NCBI GenBank assembly: GCA_963666055.2
Contig: CAXWPH010000015.1
Coordinates: 1,696,001-1,760,000, forward strand
DNA from: Acidobacteriota bacterium
Lineage (GTDB): Bacteria; Acidobacteriota; UBA890; WLXD01
Length of the DNA: 64,000 bases
Direction: 5' to 3'
Part shown: in pieces, positions 11,027 to 22,199 of the stretch
Layout of the letters: every line of letters starts with the position of its first letter
Position numbering within the stretch: the stretch's first letter is position 1
Notes under the pieces: generated by a model
Told to the model about the DNA's origin: nothing
Database searches by the model: none
What the model saw: only the letters and a program-made list of their open reading frames with translations
Program-made: the position numbers and the translations under genes

Positions 11027-11407
11027 TCAATTCTCAGATTTGGGGGTTGCCGCCGCGCGCAGTGGCGCGTCCAGATCGTAGGCGCCGATCTTCGCTTGAG
11101 ACGCCACGAGAAGCTCGAGATATCCGCGCCGTTGCTCCGCTGTCATCGCCTCCAACACTTTCATCTGCTCGTTGATCAACTCTTCCAGCTTGTCCAGGAA
11201 CCTCGACCGGCTGATCAGCAGGCTGTCCGGGCTCATGGTCTGATCCGCCACGATCAAGGCGAAATCGATCACTACGGAATCGGAAATCTTGGCTTCGGGG
11301 TTGCGGACGAAACCCGGGAAACGGATGTGCCGCATCGCCTCTCGGAGGCTTGCAATCAGCTCGGCGCATTGGAGTCGTACCGCGATTCTCTGGGTCGGTG
11401 ACGTCAA
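11027..11407 (-). CDS. Hypothetical protein (satellite early region)
   Basis: Protein-like composition; co-oriented directly upstream of the excisionase-like gene. Confidence 0.5.
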   Translation of the reverse strand: MTSPTQRIAVRLQCAELIASLREAMRHIRFPGFVRNPEAKISDSVVIDFALIVADQTMSPDSLLISRSRFLDKLEELINEQMKVLEAMTAEQRRGYLELLVASQAKIGAYDLDAPLRAAATPKSEN

Positions 11408-11700
11408 CTATACCCTCCTGTTGCATACGATGGTAACATGCGTGACACAATAAGATACTTATCGATGCCATAAGTGCCACAGTTAAGACTTACCCGTCAA
11501 CGGAACAGACCGATCAGCTCACTTAGTGGCGTCTCGGAGGGTACTGATGCGGCGCTGTTACCTCAAGCTATGCAAACGTGCTGGAGCAGTTGCCCCGCCG
11601 TATCCAGCGCTGGTCCACATCGAGGCCTGCTTGGCGAGCCGCCCGACAGCCGTGCCGGGCGGCAATCAGCCAGCCCCTTCTCCGCTGTCGTCAACGTGAC

Positions 11701-12003
11701 ATGGCCAGCATGGAGCAGATCGTCCGCGCGCTCGAGGGTCGATCCAATGGACATGGCATGGACCCCTGCCCGGCGCACGAGGACCGCAACCCGAGCCTGA
11801 GCGCGACAGAGCGCGACGGGCAGATGCTGTTGCACTGTCACGCCGGATGCATGCAGGAGGCGGTCCTGGAGACCCTAGGGGGCCGGGGTCTGGACATTCG
11901 CCGCCACCCCGAGTTCGGCAAGCCAGCGCACACGTGGCCCTACCATGACGCTGAGGATGACCTCGTGGGCTGGATCCAGGTGCGCCGGGAGCGCGCGTCA
12001 TGA
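11701..12003 (+). pseudogene. Primase N-terminal zinc-finger fragment
   Basis: [28 protein letters not shown], then WPYHDAE as in the 8199-10661 primase; truncated. Confidence 0.65.
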
Positions 12004-13772
12004 GCGAGCCACCGATCACGGCCGACCAGATCCCGTGGGGTCAGCAAGTCAACTCGACTCGCGACCGGTCGCTGAAGGCGCGGATCGAGCGATCGATCAA
12101 AACCGGCGACGAGCTGGAACCGACCGACCGGCACCTGGCTGCCTTGCTCGAGCTGATCGACCGGGACAAGGATATCGAGCGCGGCGGCGGGCGCGACACG
12201 AGGCAGCGGCTCGATACTTTGGCCGAAGCCAGGCAGCACCTGGGGGCGCTCGACAACGTTAGTTATTCGGTGATCCATGGAGAGCTGGCTAAGGCGCTCG
12301 GGATCAACCGAACGCAGCTGAAGGACATCAGGGCCACCGAGAGGAGCAGAGTCTCTCGCAACGGCGCCAGCGCAGTTGCCATCAACCTGAGCGACGACAT
12401 CGACCTGACGGACGACGGCCTCGCTTTGGAGCTCGGCGACAGATGGCCTGACGCTCGGCACGTGGCGGCCTGGAATCAATGGCTGTTCTTCAAAGAATCG
12501 CGGTGGGTCGTGGACAAATGCCTTGAGCACATGACGCGCGGCCGGGATTTCCTGCGGGAAAAGGTGGAAGCCCTCGAAGAGTGGGCTGAGAATAAGGCTA
12601 AGAGCCTGGACGCTGAGGCACGCAAGAATTTCCTGCGCTGGGTCCGAAACAAGCCTGACAAGTTGCGGAGTGCTCAAACCGTCAGGCAGGTGGTGGGTCT
12701 CGCGCGGAGCAACGATGCCCAGGCCGCGCAAGTAGCGCAGTGGGATCGCGACCCCTGGCTGCTGGGCACGCCGGGCGGCACCGTCGACCTCCGAACGGGG
12801 GAAGTCCGCGATGCGAGCCCGGAGGACTACATAACGAAGGCGACGGCCGTGGTGCCCGCACCCCAGGGAACGCCGACGCCGCCTCGATGGGCCGCCTTCC
12901 TGGAGCGCATCATGGGCGGCAACGAGGAACAGGTTGGCTACATGCAGCGGTTCGCTGGCTACGCCCTGACAGGGAGCATCCGGGAGCACGCCTTTGTCTT
13001 CGGCCACGGCACCGGCGCGAATGGGAAGGGCGTGTTCACAGGAACGCTCCAGGGTGTGCTCGGCGACTACGCGCTGACCGTGCCCACGGAGATGCTCATG
13101 GTCACGCGGGGCGAACATCACCCGACGGAGTTGGCCCGGTTGCGTGGCGTCCGCCTGGCGATCGGGTCGGAGACAGAGGTAGGCAGGACCTGGGCGGAGG
13201 CACGCATCAAGTCCTTGACCGGTGGTGATCGGATCGCGGCGCGCTTCATGCGCCAGGACTTCTTCGAGTTTGACCCGGAGTTCAAGCTGTTCGTGGTCGG
13301 CAACCACACGCCGTCTTTGCGTGGCGTGGACGAAGCGATCCGCCGCCGTCTGCACCTGTTGCCGTTTACCGTCAACATCCTTGCCGCAGAACAGGACCCG
13401 AAGCTGTCGATGAAGCTCAAGGAAGAGTGGCCGGGCATCCTGCGGTGGGCAATCGACGGCTGCCTCCAGTGGCAGCGAAAAGGCCTGAGTCCGCCGCCAT
13501 CGGTTCTCGAGGCCACCGACCAGTACTTGATGGCCGAGGACGCCGTTGGCCGGTGGCTCGAAGAGTGCACACGCAAGGGTGCGAATGGGTTCAGCTCTTC
13601 CCGAGACCTCTTTGACAGCTGGAAGCAGTGGGCCGAGGCCAACGGCGAGTACGTGATCTCCAAGAAGCGCCTCGGGCAAGAACTCACCGCCCGTCGCTAC
13701 AACTCCCGCCGGCAACCGGGCGGCGGCGCCCGCGGGTACGTCCGTCTAACGCTCCTACAGGGGCTGTCATGA
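12000..13772 (+). CDS. P4-family phage/plasmid primase-helicase (D5_N + SF3 helicase)
   Basis: [20 protein letters not shown], Walker [47 protein letters not shown]. Confidence 0.9.
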   Translation: MSEPPITADQIPWGQQVNSTRDRSLKARIERSIKTGDELEPTDRHLAALLELIDRDKDIERGGGRDTRQRLDTLAEARQHLGALDNVSYSVIHGELAKALGINRTQLKDIRATERSRVSRNGASAVAINLSDDIDLTDDGLALELGDRWPDARHVAAWNQWLFFKESRWVVDKCLEHMTRGRDFLREKVEALEEWAENKAKSLDAEARKNFLRWVRNKPDKLRSAQTVRQVVGLARSNDAQAAQVAQWDRDPWLLGTPGGTVDLRTGEVRDASPEDYITKATAVVPAPQGTPTPPRWAAFLERIMGGNEEQVGYMQRFAGYALTGSIREHAFVFGHGTGANGKGVFTGTLQGVLGDYALTVPTEMLMVTRGEHHPTELARLRGVRLAIGSETEVGRTWAEARIKSLTGGDRIAARFMRQDFFEFDPEFKLFVVGNHTPSLRGVDEAIRRRLHLLPFTVNILAAEQDPKLSMKLKEEWPGILRWAIDGCLQWQRKGLSPPPSVLEATDQYLMAEDAVGRWLEECTRKGANGFSSSRDLFDSWKQWAEANGEYVISKKRLGQELTARRYNSRRQPGGGARGYVRLTLLQGLS

Positions 13773-13883
13773 TCGCCCTGTACCACATGTACCGCGTGTC
13801 CCTATTTTGGACGTATAGAGTTATCCGTGTAGCGCCCACGCGCCCGCTACGTCCTAAAGGGAAAGTCGCGGTACACGTGGTAC
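13771..13883. repeat. Inverted iteron-like repeats just downstream of the P4 primase (putative ori)
   Basis: GTACCACATGTACCGCG (13780-13796) vs CGCGGTACACGTGGTAC (13867-13883), 1 mismatch. Confidence 0.65.
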
Positions 13884-14263
13884 GGGGTGCTCGACGGGCG
13901 ACTGTCCGGTCTGGAGCGACAGCGCCCGGATTAGCCTCGGCAAGCCCCCGCGGCCTGCTGCGTCGTGGGGCTAACCGAACACAGATAGTGCTCCCCTGGG
14001 GCCCTAACTGCGGGGGCCGTCGAAGGCAACGCGAGCGACTCGACAGAGATAGTCGGGCCTTCAGAGGGCAATCATCGACCGTCCCGTGCGAACGTACGCC
14101 CGAGGCCCGGCCGAGTAACAAACTGTGGAAGCTGTGGGCAACTTCGCCCGACGTCGCCGTCGACGTTCCTGGGAGCTCGACGACGAGTTCGGCCGCATGA
14201 TCGCATCGCCTGCGACTTGGCAGGCCGAGACGCGGCCGGGGCCCGACTCTGACGGAGGGCGCA

Positions 14264-14455
14264 ATGCTCGACTTCTTCGCTGACGCCTGGGACTTCATCG
14301 TCGCCACCTGGGACTTCATGTGGTGGTTTCCTGGCGCCGCCATCGGCTTCGTTTTGGATGCCCTCGAGTTCATCGCGAACATGGCGTGGCTCGTCATGTT
14401 CGCGCTGCTGTACAAGTTCGTTATGTTTATCGGCGGCGATGACGGTAGCTTCTAG
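14264..14455 (+). CDS. Small hydrophobic/membrane protein
   Basis: GGAGG RBS; hydrophobic 63 aa with internal AWDFI/TWDFM repeat. Confidence 0.55.
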   Translation: MLDFFADAWDFIVATWDFMWWFPGAAIGFVLDALEFIANMAWLVMFALLYKFVMFIGGDDGSF

Positions 14456-14466
14456 CGCCGGGCACA

Positions 14467-14808
14467 ATGCCTGAGACGACCTACACGCTCACGCGAGACG
14501 GTGAACGCGACCTGCGCTTCACCGGCGAGCTGATTGCCGAGGTATCGAGCGGCGAGGCATCCGGCCCGCGCACCACGCGCTGGACCGAGCTCGCGCTGTA
14601 TCGCGTGGCGTCGAGCTCCGGTCCCTACGTGCTACAAGTCGTCGGCTGCTCTCGGCGGGACGGCGAGCGCGATTGCTTCGCCGCCTACGTGTGCAACGAC
14701 GAGAGCGCGGTCGTGGATGCGCTGACACAGGACAATGGCGGGGAACTCGGCTGGCTGGTCAAGCGGTTGCTAGAGGCCGCTGGCATCGAGGCGGTAGAGA
14801 CCATCTGA
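14467..14808 (+). CDS. Phage-type hypothetical protein
   Basis: RDLRFTGELIAEVSS..RWTELALYR motif reminiscent of small phage proteins; coding-like composition. Confidence 0.6.
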   Translation: MPETTYTLTRDGERDLRFTGELIAEVSSGEASGPRTTRWTELALYRVASSSGPYVLQVVGCSRRDGERDCFAAYVCNDESAVVDALTQDNGGELGWLVKRLLEAAGIEAVETI

Positions 14809-15010
14809 TTAGGCGCTCGCGCCGGCGCTCGAGCACCACATCGGCACACCACCACCGGCCGCGCCGAGTGGTGCGCCACCACGGGCCCGCCTAACGCGCT
14901 CGAGGCCCACTTAGGGCACTATGGGCCTCGCGCTCCGCCTGGAGCCACACTAGGCGAGAAGATCCCCAGGCCCTCGAATATTGCACCACCTACGACGGGG
15001 GCCCGCGCCC

Positions 15011-15057
15011 ATACGTCCAAAACAGGACCACGTGGTACATGTGGTACAGGGGCGATC
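15011..15057 (-). repeat. Inverted copy of the 13771-13816 ori segment
   Basis: ATACGTCCAAAACAGGACCACGTGGTACATGTGGTACAGGGGCGATC is the near reverse complement of 13771-13816. Confidence 0.75.
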
Positions 15058-15297
15058 GTCGAGGCCACCACCGCGCGCCGACTGCGCCAGCTGGCCACCA
15101 CCACGGGCCGAAGATCTCGAGCCCCTAACACGCGTTTATGGGCCCATCCTCGCGTGCGCGCTAGAACCATCGAGCCATGCGCCTAACTATATGGGTCGCA
15201 GGCACTTACGGGGGGCCATCAAAGTTCGCGGCGAGCTACCGCTCTAGACCGTCGAGTGCCTGCCGACTTGTAAGCAACGAAAAATTTTGAGCATATT

Positions 15298-15702
15298 ATG
15301 TCCACGAGAATGAGACCCCGAAAAACACCGACAGATTCCGAAGTCGTCCGCCGGATGCGGTCGAGCTCCCACTCCCAGCGATGGCGCTCCGCAATCCTCC
15401 GGAACGAGCCGTTATGCCGTTCCTGCGCCGAGGCGGGATTCACGGTCGCCGCCGAGCACATCGACCACATCGAGGCCGTTCACCTGGCACCTGAGCGCTT
15501 CTGGGACCACGACAACGTCCAGCCGATCTACCGTGAGTGCCACGATCGGAAGACGGCCGGCGAGCAAGGCATGAGCCTCGAAGCGGTGTGCGAGCGTGAA
15601 GCGTGGAAGCGCGTCTGGTCGAGCTGGCGGGCAAATGACTCCCGCTGCCGCTCCGAGGGCCCCGAGTCCGCGCCGCATCCATCTACTGACTCGAGAAGCT
15701 GA
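15298..15702 (+). CDS. Phage packaging-type HNH endonuclease, copy 1
   Basis: EPLCRSC..EHIDHIEAVH..DNVQPIYRECHDRKT; second CxxC altered to YxxC. Confidence 0.8.
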   Translation: MSTRMRPRKTPTDSEVVRRMRSSSHSQRWRSAILRNEPLCRSCAEAGFTVAAEHIDHIEAVHLAPERFWDHDNVQPIYRECHDRKTAGEQGMSLEAVCEREAWKRVWSSWRANDSRCRSEGPESAPHPSTDSRS

Positions 15703-15799
15703 CCGTCACCGAGTGTCCACTCGCCGGCCAGCCCTTCAGTGACGGGCCGCTGCACCGACAGACGCTTATGCACGTTGCCACTAGTTGCCCGTTCATCGA

Positions 15800-16050
15800 C
15801 ACACCGGCCTCCAGCACCGGGCAGTCACGAGTCAAGTGATCCACGACCGTCACCATGGGGAACTAGCGGCCGCTGTGCAGTTGGTCGGTGATGAAGGCCA
15901 TGCTCCAGCGCTCGTTCGGCGCGCTAGAGCCGGCAGCGACATTCGCCTGTGGCTCGTTCCACTTGCAGCGGCGCTTGACGCGGATCGACAGCTCTTCCTG
16001 GTGGATGCGCTCCGCCGGGAGGCCCGCCGCAGGGCAGTACGGATCACGGT
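15800..16050 (-). pseudogene. IS3-family transposase relic
   Basis: RIHQEELSIRVKRR..APNERWSMAFITDQLHSGR, similar to the 26745-27875 transposase. Confidence 0.55.
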
Positions 16051-16165
16051 GCCCCTCTGAACATACACTCGGCACGCTTGAGCGTTCTCGGCGTTGTGCC
16101 AGGTAAGACTGTCACCGAATTCCTCTTCGATCTGCTTTCTCTCCTGGAGCAGCTTCTTCGTACCG
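16050..16165 (-). pseudogene. DUF4268-like fragment
   Basis: LLQERKQIEEEFGDSLTWHNAENAQACRVY. Confidence 0.4.
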
Positions 16166-16521
16166 GGTCTTGGAATCGGCCCCGCCAATCCCGAGTTCTG
16201 CACCTCCCCCGCCGACGCGCATGCGGGCTCGCTCAGGTAGGAGCCGAGAGGCCAGGCCGCGATACACGATGGGCCGCCGCCCACCAGGAACCCCGTGGTC
16301 GTCGGCTCGTCACCGGCCGTCGAGGTCGGTGGCGAACGGGGACGCCGCCACCCGCCCGGACCCGACAGCTCAGATCAGCACGGTGCGCCTCAAAAACTCA
16401 CGCTGGCGCCGACGCGGGAGATCCGCGGTGCCAGCACCGCAATGGGCACACCAAGGTTGGTCCCGGTTACCCCATTGGTCTCAGAAGGCCCCGATGTGAA
16501 CAACCTACTCGGAAAGCACCG

Positions 16522-17217
16522 TTAGTCGTCCCGGCCGCCTAGCAAGCCAGCCCGCATCAAGAAGTAGAGCAGGGTCAGGAGCGTGCTGACCACGGCGGCC
16601 ACGTAGGTGAGCGCGGCGGCGTTCAACACGCGGTCCATGCCCGCCCGCTCGTGCTCACTGATTATCCCGTACTCCACCACGAGTTTCTTGGCGCGAGCGG
16701 TGGCATCGAACTCCACGGGAAGAGTCACCACCTGGAACAGAAGGACCGCCGAGAACAGGACCGCGCCAACGGCCACCAAAGACTGCGATGCCATAAACAG
16801 TCCGATCATCATCACGACGTAGCCGATCGACGAACCGATGTTGGCCGTGGGCACGAGTGTGCTCCGCAGCCAGAGGGGGGCGTAGTGGGCCGCATGCTGT
16901 ATGGCATGGCCGGCTTCGTGCGTGGCCACGCCGATCGCCGCAATCGAGGCGGCATCGTGGACGTCCTTCGACAATGCCAAGCGGCGCGTGGCCGGATTGT
17001 AATGGTCCGAGAGTACGCCGTGTGACCGCCCAATGCTCACGTCGTGCAGCCCTGCGCGGTCGAGCATGAGGCGGGCGGCCTGGGCGCCGGTGAGGTGGCG
17101 CGCACACCGCACTTTCGAATATTTCCGGAATGCCGACTTCGTGCGGAAGCTTGCCCAGAGCGACAGAGCCAATCCCGGTAGGATGAACAGCAGATACGTC
17201 GGATCGAAGAAAAACAT
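16522..17217 (-). CDS. Membrane zinc metallopeptidase (YugP/Zn_peptidase_2 family)
   Basis: LSDHYNP, HEAGHAIQH, VTLPVEFDATARA, VLNAAALTYVAA. Confidence 0.9.
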   Translation of the reverse strand: MFFFDPTYLLFILPGLALSLWASFRTKSAFRKYSKVRCARHLTGAQAARLMLDRAGLHDVSIGRSHGVLSDHYNPATRRLALSKDVHDAASIAAIGVATHEAGHAIQHAAHYAPLWLRSTLVPTANIGSSIGYVVMMIGLFMASQSLVAVGAVLFSAVLLFQVVTLPVEFDATARAKKLVVEYGIISEHERAGMDRVLNAAALTYVAAVVSTLLTLLYFLMRAGLLGGRDD

Positions 17218-17717
17218 CGCTCGAATACTCCCCTGTGTGCTCAAGCCTGGACGAAGACTGACCAGCCCCCACGGTTAATACCACGTCCTGTCTCAGTGGC
17301 TCGGTGTTTTGCCCAAGGGTTGGGCATTGAAGCGTCTCTAGTCGGGCGATCCGTGCTGCTGATCGTCTGATTCCCGGGCCTGGCGATCTCGCCGACCGCG
17401 TTGCCGGTTGCGTGCTCGCCGGCCCGTGTACGTAACCCGGTTCACAAACACGCACGCCCCCAGCTCGGGTTGACTGTCGCGCCGCCCGTCGTCCGCCCTC
17501 TCTGACCTGATCCCCCCGCCTGCCTACCCCTGGGGACCCCTGCTGCCATGCGGCCCGTCACTTTGTGATGGCCGCGTGATCATCGACGTGTGGCGCACAC
17601 GTTGGGCGAGCCCCCCTCGACGTGGGTTGAGAGCACTCATCATGCGCGCACGCTATGTGCTCTCGTGCGTTTTACGTCCAAAACGCGCAAACGACTCTCC
17701 TATGCTAACTTTGCGGG

Positions 17718-17837
17718 TGCGTACAAACCGATAAGGAACGGCTCCTCTTCTGGAGTCGGGCCTCCCGCTGAATACAACACTGAGATTCGCTCTCAGGAAT
17801 ACGCGGGAACCGCCTGCTTCCTTATCGGTGGTACGCA
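17718..17837 (+). ncRNA. Candidate structured cis-regulatory RNA (unassigned)
   Basis: Perfect 12-bp stem ACCGATAAGGAA/TTCCTTATCGGT plus TGCGTAC/GTACGCA enclosing three internal stems. Confidence 0.4.
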
Positions 17838-19478
17838 TGGCCCGGCACCTATTTGCCGGACTCTTGCCGTCGGGAGGCCGCCCTGTGGCCAATCGCAGAA
17901 AGGTTCTCGCAGGGCTAGCCACGAGTCTTGCGCTACCCCCGCGTGCTTGGTGGCCGTTGCACGTCAGGGAGGATGCAGCGGAGCTGTCACTTGAGGCTCC
18001 ACCGATGCTCGGCCGGGTCACCCGAGACAGCGCCGAGGTTTCGCTATACGTAAGCACGCCTGGAGAAACCCGCGTTGTTTGGGGCCGGGGCCGGAATGAT
18101 CTGTCGCTCAAGCAGGTGTCCAACGAGCTCGGCGACCTTCGATTCCATCTAGATCTTTCCTCCCGAGCGAAGCGCTACTGGTATCGAGTGGACCTGGCTC
18201 GCAGAGGGCTCGTCGCGGTGGGTCAGGGGCGCGGTCACCCGTTTCCGAACCCACCGGCCGATGGGCTCGCGGTTTCGGTTCGCGCTGCTAGCGGATGCGC
18301 ACCTGATTCGCGATGATAATCAGGACGGCTGGTACGACCCACTGCGCCGTGGCACAAACCTGGTTGCGGCTGAGGATCTGGATTTCGTTGTCTTCTTGGG
18401 TGATGAGAGCTGCATCGATGGGTCTGGAAACAGCTTGGCAGCAGTCAACAGCCAGCGCGAAGCGGACACGCGCTACGCGCTGTTGCGCCGACTCTATGCT
18501 CCGATCCTGGGGTCGATCCCGGCGTTCTTCGTTCTGGGCAATCACGACGGGGAGCGCTACTACCGGCATCCTCACTTGCTGCGCTGGGGGGCCAACGCGC
18601 GGAAGCGTTACTTGCTGAATCCGGGCCCTACAACCTATCCGGAGGGAGGTGAGCACAACGGATGGTCTGAGTCGGGCCACTGGTCGCCCCTTGAGAACTA
18701 CTATGCCTGGAGCTGGGGCGATGCGACCTTCGTGGTTCTGGACCCGTTCCGATACACCCGTAACATGCCGCGCGTTCCCGAGGACTGGACTCTAGGTGAT
18801 GCGCAGCTACGCTGGGCCGCGAAGGTGCTGCGGTTGTCCCGGAGCCGCCACAAGTTCATCATCTGCCACCATCTTGTGGGAGGGGGACGTTGGAACCCGG
18901 CGGCGACTGTTGCCGGTGCGTATGGCCGCGGGGGAGCACGCATGGCTCACCTGGGCGAGCAGGCTCAGTTGAACCGGTTGATGCAGCGCTACGGTGCCCG
19001 TTTCTTTCTGTACGGGCACGACCACATCTTTGCCCACGGTGGGCGCGATGACATCGAGTACATCTGTGGCGGGCGGCCGTGGAGAATGTCGTCCAATTGG
19101 TGGGGCAATCCAGGATGGGCTGCGCTTTATGGGGATGAGTTCCTGGGCGTTGCCGGATATACCGTTTTCGACGTGAGCCCGGAGCGTGTCGAGTTGCGCT
19201 ATGTCGTGCTGGGTAAGAACCCCCGCGAGGGGTTCAAGTGGGATGACGCACCGATGTATCGAGTCCAACACGGTGGTGTGATCCGAGTTGCTGACCGGGT
19301 CCGCGGCGAGCCCACTGTATGGGTTCCACACGATCCGACGCCGGACCTGTTCCAAGGCGGCACCTATCGCAATCGAACCATTCGGCTGGGGCCTGGGTGG
19401 CAGGGCAAGGTCGGGGACGAAGTCAGGGTGGTTCACCCTGGACAGGTTGCGTACCAGCGTTCGTTTCCAACTAGCTAG
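17837..19478 (+). CDS. Tat-exported metallophosphoesterase (purple acid phosphatase-like); one frameshift near 18200
   Basis: RRKVLAG Tat-like signal; DAH, GDE, GNHD, HH and GHDH metal motifs; ORFs 17828-18316 and 18261-19478 join. Confidence 0.75.
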
Positions 19479-19481
19479 GGT

Positions 19482-19964
19482 ATGCAGCCCACGCGCATCT
19501 CGATCACCGTGAATGGGAAAGCCCGCACGGTGAACGCTTATCCGGACGAGGCGCTGCTGTGGGCGCTGCGGGACCGACTCGGGCTGACCGGTACCAAGTT
19601 CGGCTGCGGAGTGGGGATCTGTGGTGCATGCAGCGTGCTGATCAACGGTCGCCGACGAACGAGTTGTACGGTGTCAGTCTCGAGCCTCCGTGCTCGCGAT
19701 GAGATCACTACCATCGAGGGACTTGCTGAGGATGGCCGGCTGACGAAGCTGCAGCAGGCGTTCATCGACAACAACGGATTCGCCTGCGGCTTCTGCACTG
19801 CCGGAATGATCATCACTGCTACGGACCTGCTGCGTAGGCGCCCCACTCCTTCGCGCAAACAGATCATCAAATCCATGGACGACAACATCTGTCGCTGCGG
19901 CTGCTACCAGAACATCATCGAGTCCATCGAAGCGGCCTCAACACGCCGACGGACAGCGTCGTGA
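19482..19964 (+). CDS. (2Fe-2S) small subunit of a xanthine/isoquinoline oxidoreductase family enzyme
   Basis: GTKFGCGVGICGAC, CGFCTAG, NICRCGCY. Confidence 0.92.
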   Translation: MQPTRISITVNGKARTVNAYPDEALLWALRDRLGLTGTKFGCGVGICGACSVLINGRRRTSCTVSVSSLRARDEITTIEGLAEDGRLTKLQQAFIDNNGFACGFCTAGMIITATDLLRRRPTPSRKQIIKSMDDNICRCGCYQNIIESIEAASTRRRTAS

Positions 19965-22108
19965 AGCTTCCACGCCGAGAGTTCATCACCTCCACCGGCG
20001 GGGCATTCATGGCCTACGGCTTCCGCTTTCTCCCGGACGGAGAAACGCCGTCCCAGCACCCGCGCTTCGCGCGCTTTGACAACGCAGACGAAGTTTGCCG
20101 GTACGTGAAGCAGAACTTCGACTACCACGATTGGCTGCTGATCGGCTCCAACGGGACGGTAACGGCGCTCACCGGACGCACCGAGATCGGCCAGGGTCTG
20201 GAGACAGTCATCGTCGCCCTCGTCAGCCAGGCACTCGAGATATCGCCCAAGGCAGTCGACGTGGTGATGGGCGACACAGAGCTGTGTCCGGACGATGGAA
20301 CTACCGAGGGCAGCAGTGCCACACAGCAGGTGGGATGGGGGTTTTGGCAAACTGCGCTGGCCGCTTCGATGTCGCTGCGGCGGGCCGGGGCAGAGATTCT
20401 GGGACTGGACCCGGAGCAAGTCCAGGTCCGGCGCGGCGGTGTCGTGTCGGCCTCAGACCCGAGCATGACCGTGGGCATGAGCCAGCTGGTTGTCTCCAGT
20501 GTCGTGCTCGTGGACTTGGAGCCGCCAGCGCGCCAGGAGCTGTCCGGGTCGTACGTGGACAGAGGTCTGGACGATGTCCGGGCTCGCGACATCGTGACCG
20601 GTGCGCAGCAGTATGTCGGAGATCTCGGTCCCGGCGGGCTGCTGTACGGTGCATACCTTCGGTCGCCGTATCACGAGCACCTGAGCCCTCTTATCTCGGC
20701 TGACCTGGACAGGGCGCGTACGGTGCCCGGAGTAGCCAAAGTAGGAATCGTCCGTGGCCGCCCCGCAGTGATCGGCGACAGTTACCACGCCGTCGAGCTG
20801 GGGTTGAAGGCAATCACCGCTCGCTGGCGCAAGCCTCCGGGCCGCGCCAAGCTCAATCTCGAACGCGACATCCGTCGGGGCGCTCAACTGGTCACCGAGA
20901 TCGAGAATATAGGGAATGTCGATGCTCCTGGACCCGGTGGCGGCGTGCGCCTGAGCGAAACGTACATCACGCACTTCACCACGCAAGCACCGCTGGAGAC
21001 TGACAGCGCTGTCGCTGACGTGCGGCTGGACGGCACCACCGTGTGGGTGGCAAGCCAGGGACCCCACCTGCAACGGGCCTTGATCGCTCGGCGCCTCGGC
21101 CTAGGTGCGGGCAAGGTGCGGGTGGCCGGCATGCCTGTTGGCGGGGGCTACGGAGGCAAGATCTCCAACACCGTCGGCGGCGAGGCGGCGGAGCTGTCGC
21201 GGTTTGCCGGGGCGCCGGTGAAGTACGTTTACAGCCGTGCGGACCAGTTCGTCGGCCGGGCGCGCGCCAAAGAGCCGTGTGTGATCGATATCAGCAGCAC
21301 CCTTAATGCCGACGGCACCATTGATACCCGTCACATCGACATCATCAACGACACGGGTCACGGCACGCTGGATACCTACAAGGTGCCCAACTCGCGCACG
21401 CGTTTGTACAAGACCCAGCTGCCTTTGCGACACGCGGTGGTCCGCGGTACCAGCTTCATGCAGGTCAACTTCGCGGTAGAGAGCCACATGAGCCACTTGG
21501 CGGAGCTGGCCGGGATCGACCGCGTCGAGTTTCGAAGACGCAACGTGCAGCTCGAAGCGTTCAACGAGCTGTTGAGTTCAGGCGCCGATTTGATCCGGTA
21601 CAGCACGTACATGCGGCAGCCGGATCACGGGCTCGGTGTGTCTGTCATCAATCACGGGGCGCGCGAGCTCGGGGTCTTCTTCGTCGAGGTCAAGGTTAAC
21701 CGCAAGACGGGAGTCGTGCGGGTAAAGCGTGTCTGCTGTGCACTTGACATTGGTACGGTCATCAATCGGCGCAACTGCACCGTCAACGTCCGCGGGGCGA
21801 TCATGTGGGGCATCGGATACTGCCTGGTGGAGAATCTCGTCGCTGATCGCCATCGGGTCCATGCGCGTGTGTTCGGCGACTACGAAGTGCCCAGCTTTCG
21901 TCACACTCCCGAGATCGACATCGCCTGGCTGCAGGCATACCCGAACAACGGTCCACGGGGTGTCGGCGAGATGACCTGTCCGGCGATCGCGCCGGCCGTC
22001 GCCGACGCCATACACGACGCGGTGGGAATCCGTTTGTATCAAACACCGTTCACGCCCCAACGAGTGCTCGCTGCACTGCGCCAGACACGTGAAGGCGGCG
22101 TGAGTTGA
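19961..22108 (+). CDS. Molybdopterin-binding large subunit (IorB-like aldehyde/isoquinoline oxidoreductase)
   Basis: RREFI Tat signal, RTEIGQG, GGGYGGK, GPRGVGEM..PAVADAIHDAVGIRL. Confidence 0.88.
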   Translation: MKLPRREFITSTGGAFMAYGFRFLPDGETPSQHPRFARFDNADEVCRYVKQNFDYHDWLLIGSNGTVTALTGRTEIGQGLETVIVALVSQALEISPKAVDVVMGDTELCPDDGTTEGSSATQQVGWGFWQTALAASMSLRRAGAEILGLDPEQVQVRRGGVVSASDPSMTVGMSQLVVSSVVLVDLEPPARQELSGSYVDRGLDDVRARDIVTGAQQYVGDLGPGGLLYGAYLRSPYHEHLSPLISADLDRARTVPGVAKVGIVRGRPAVIGDSYHAVELGLKAITARWRKPPGRAKLNLERDIRRGAQLVTEIENIGNVDAPGPGGGVRLSETYITHFTTQAPLETDSAVADVRLDGTTVWVASQGPHLQRALIARRLGLGAGKVRVAGMPVGGGYGGKISNTVGGEAAELSRFAGAPVKYVYSRADQFVGRARAKEPCVIDISSTLNADGTIDTRHIDIINDTGHGTLDTYKVPNSRTRLYKTQLPLRHAVVRGTSFMQVNFAVESHMSHLAELAGIDRVEFRRRNVQLEAFNELLSSGADLIRYSTYMRQPDHGLGVSVINHGARELGVFFVEVKVNRKTGVVRVKRVCCALDIGTVINRRNCTVNVRGAIMWGIGYCLVENLVADRHRVHARVFGDYEVPSFRHTPEIDIAWLQAYPNNGPRGVGEMTCPAIAPAVADAIHDAVGIRLYQTPFTPQRVLAALRQTREGGVS

Positions 22109-22199
22109 ACCCTGGGGACGAGGTCCCGTCGACGCAGCACATTGGATGCGCACGGAGCCGCGGACCTCCCAGCCTCCACCAGGATCGTGCGTGTGCGCG

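Noticed and set aside
17718-17837. Retron msr/msd, 6S RNA or Moco riboswitch
   Set aside because: No reverse transcriptase in the window, too short for 6S, and the Moco consensus elements are not recognisable; kept only as an unassigned structure.
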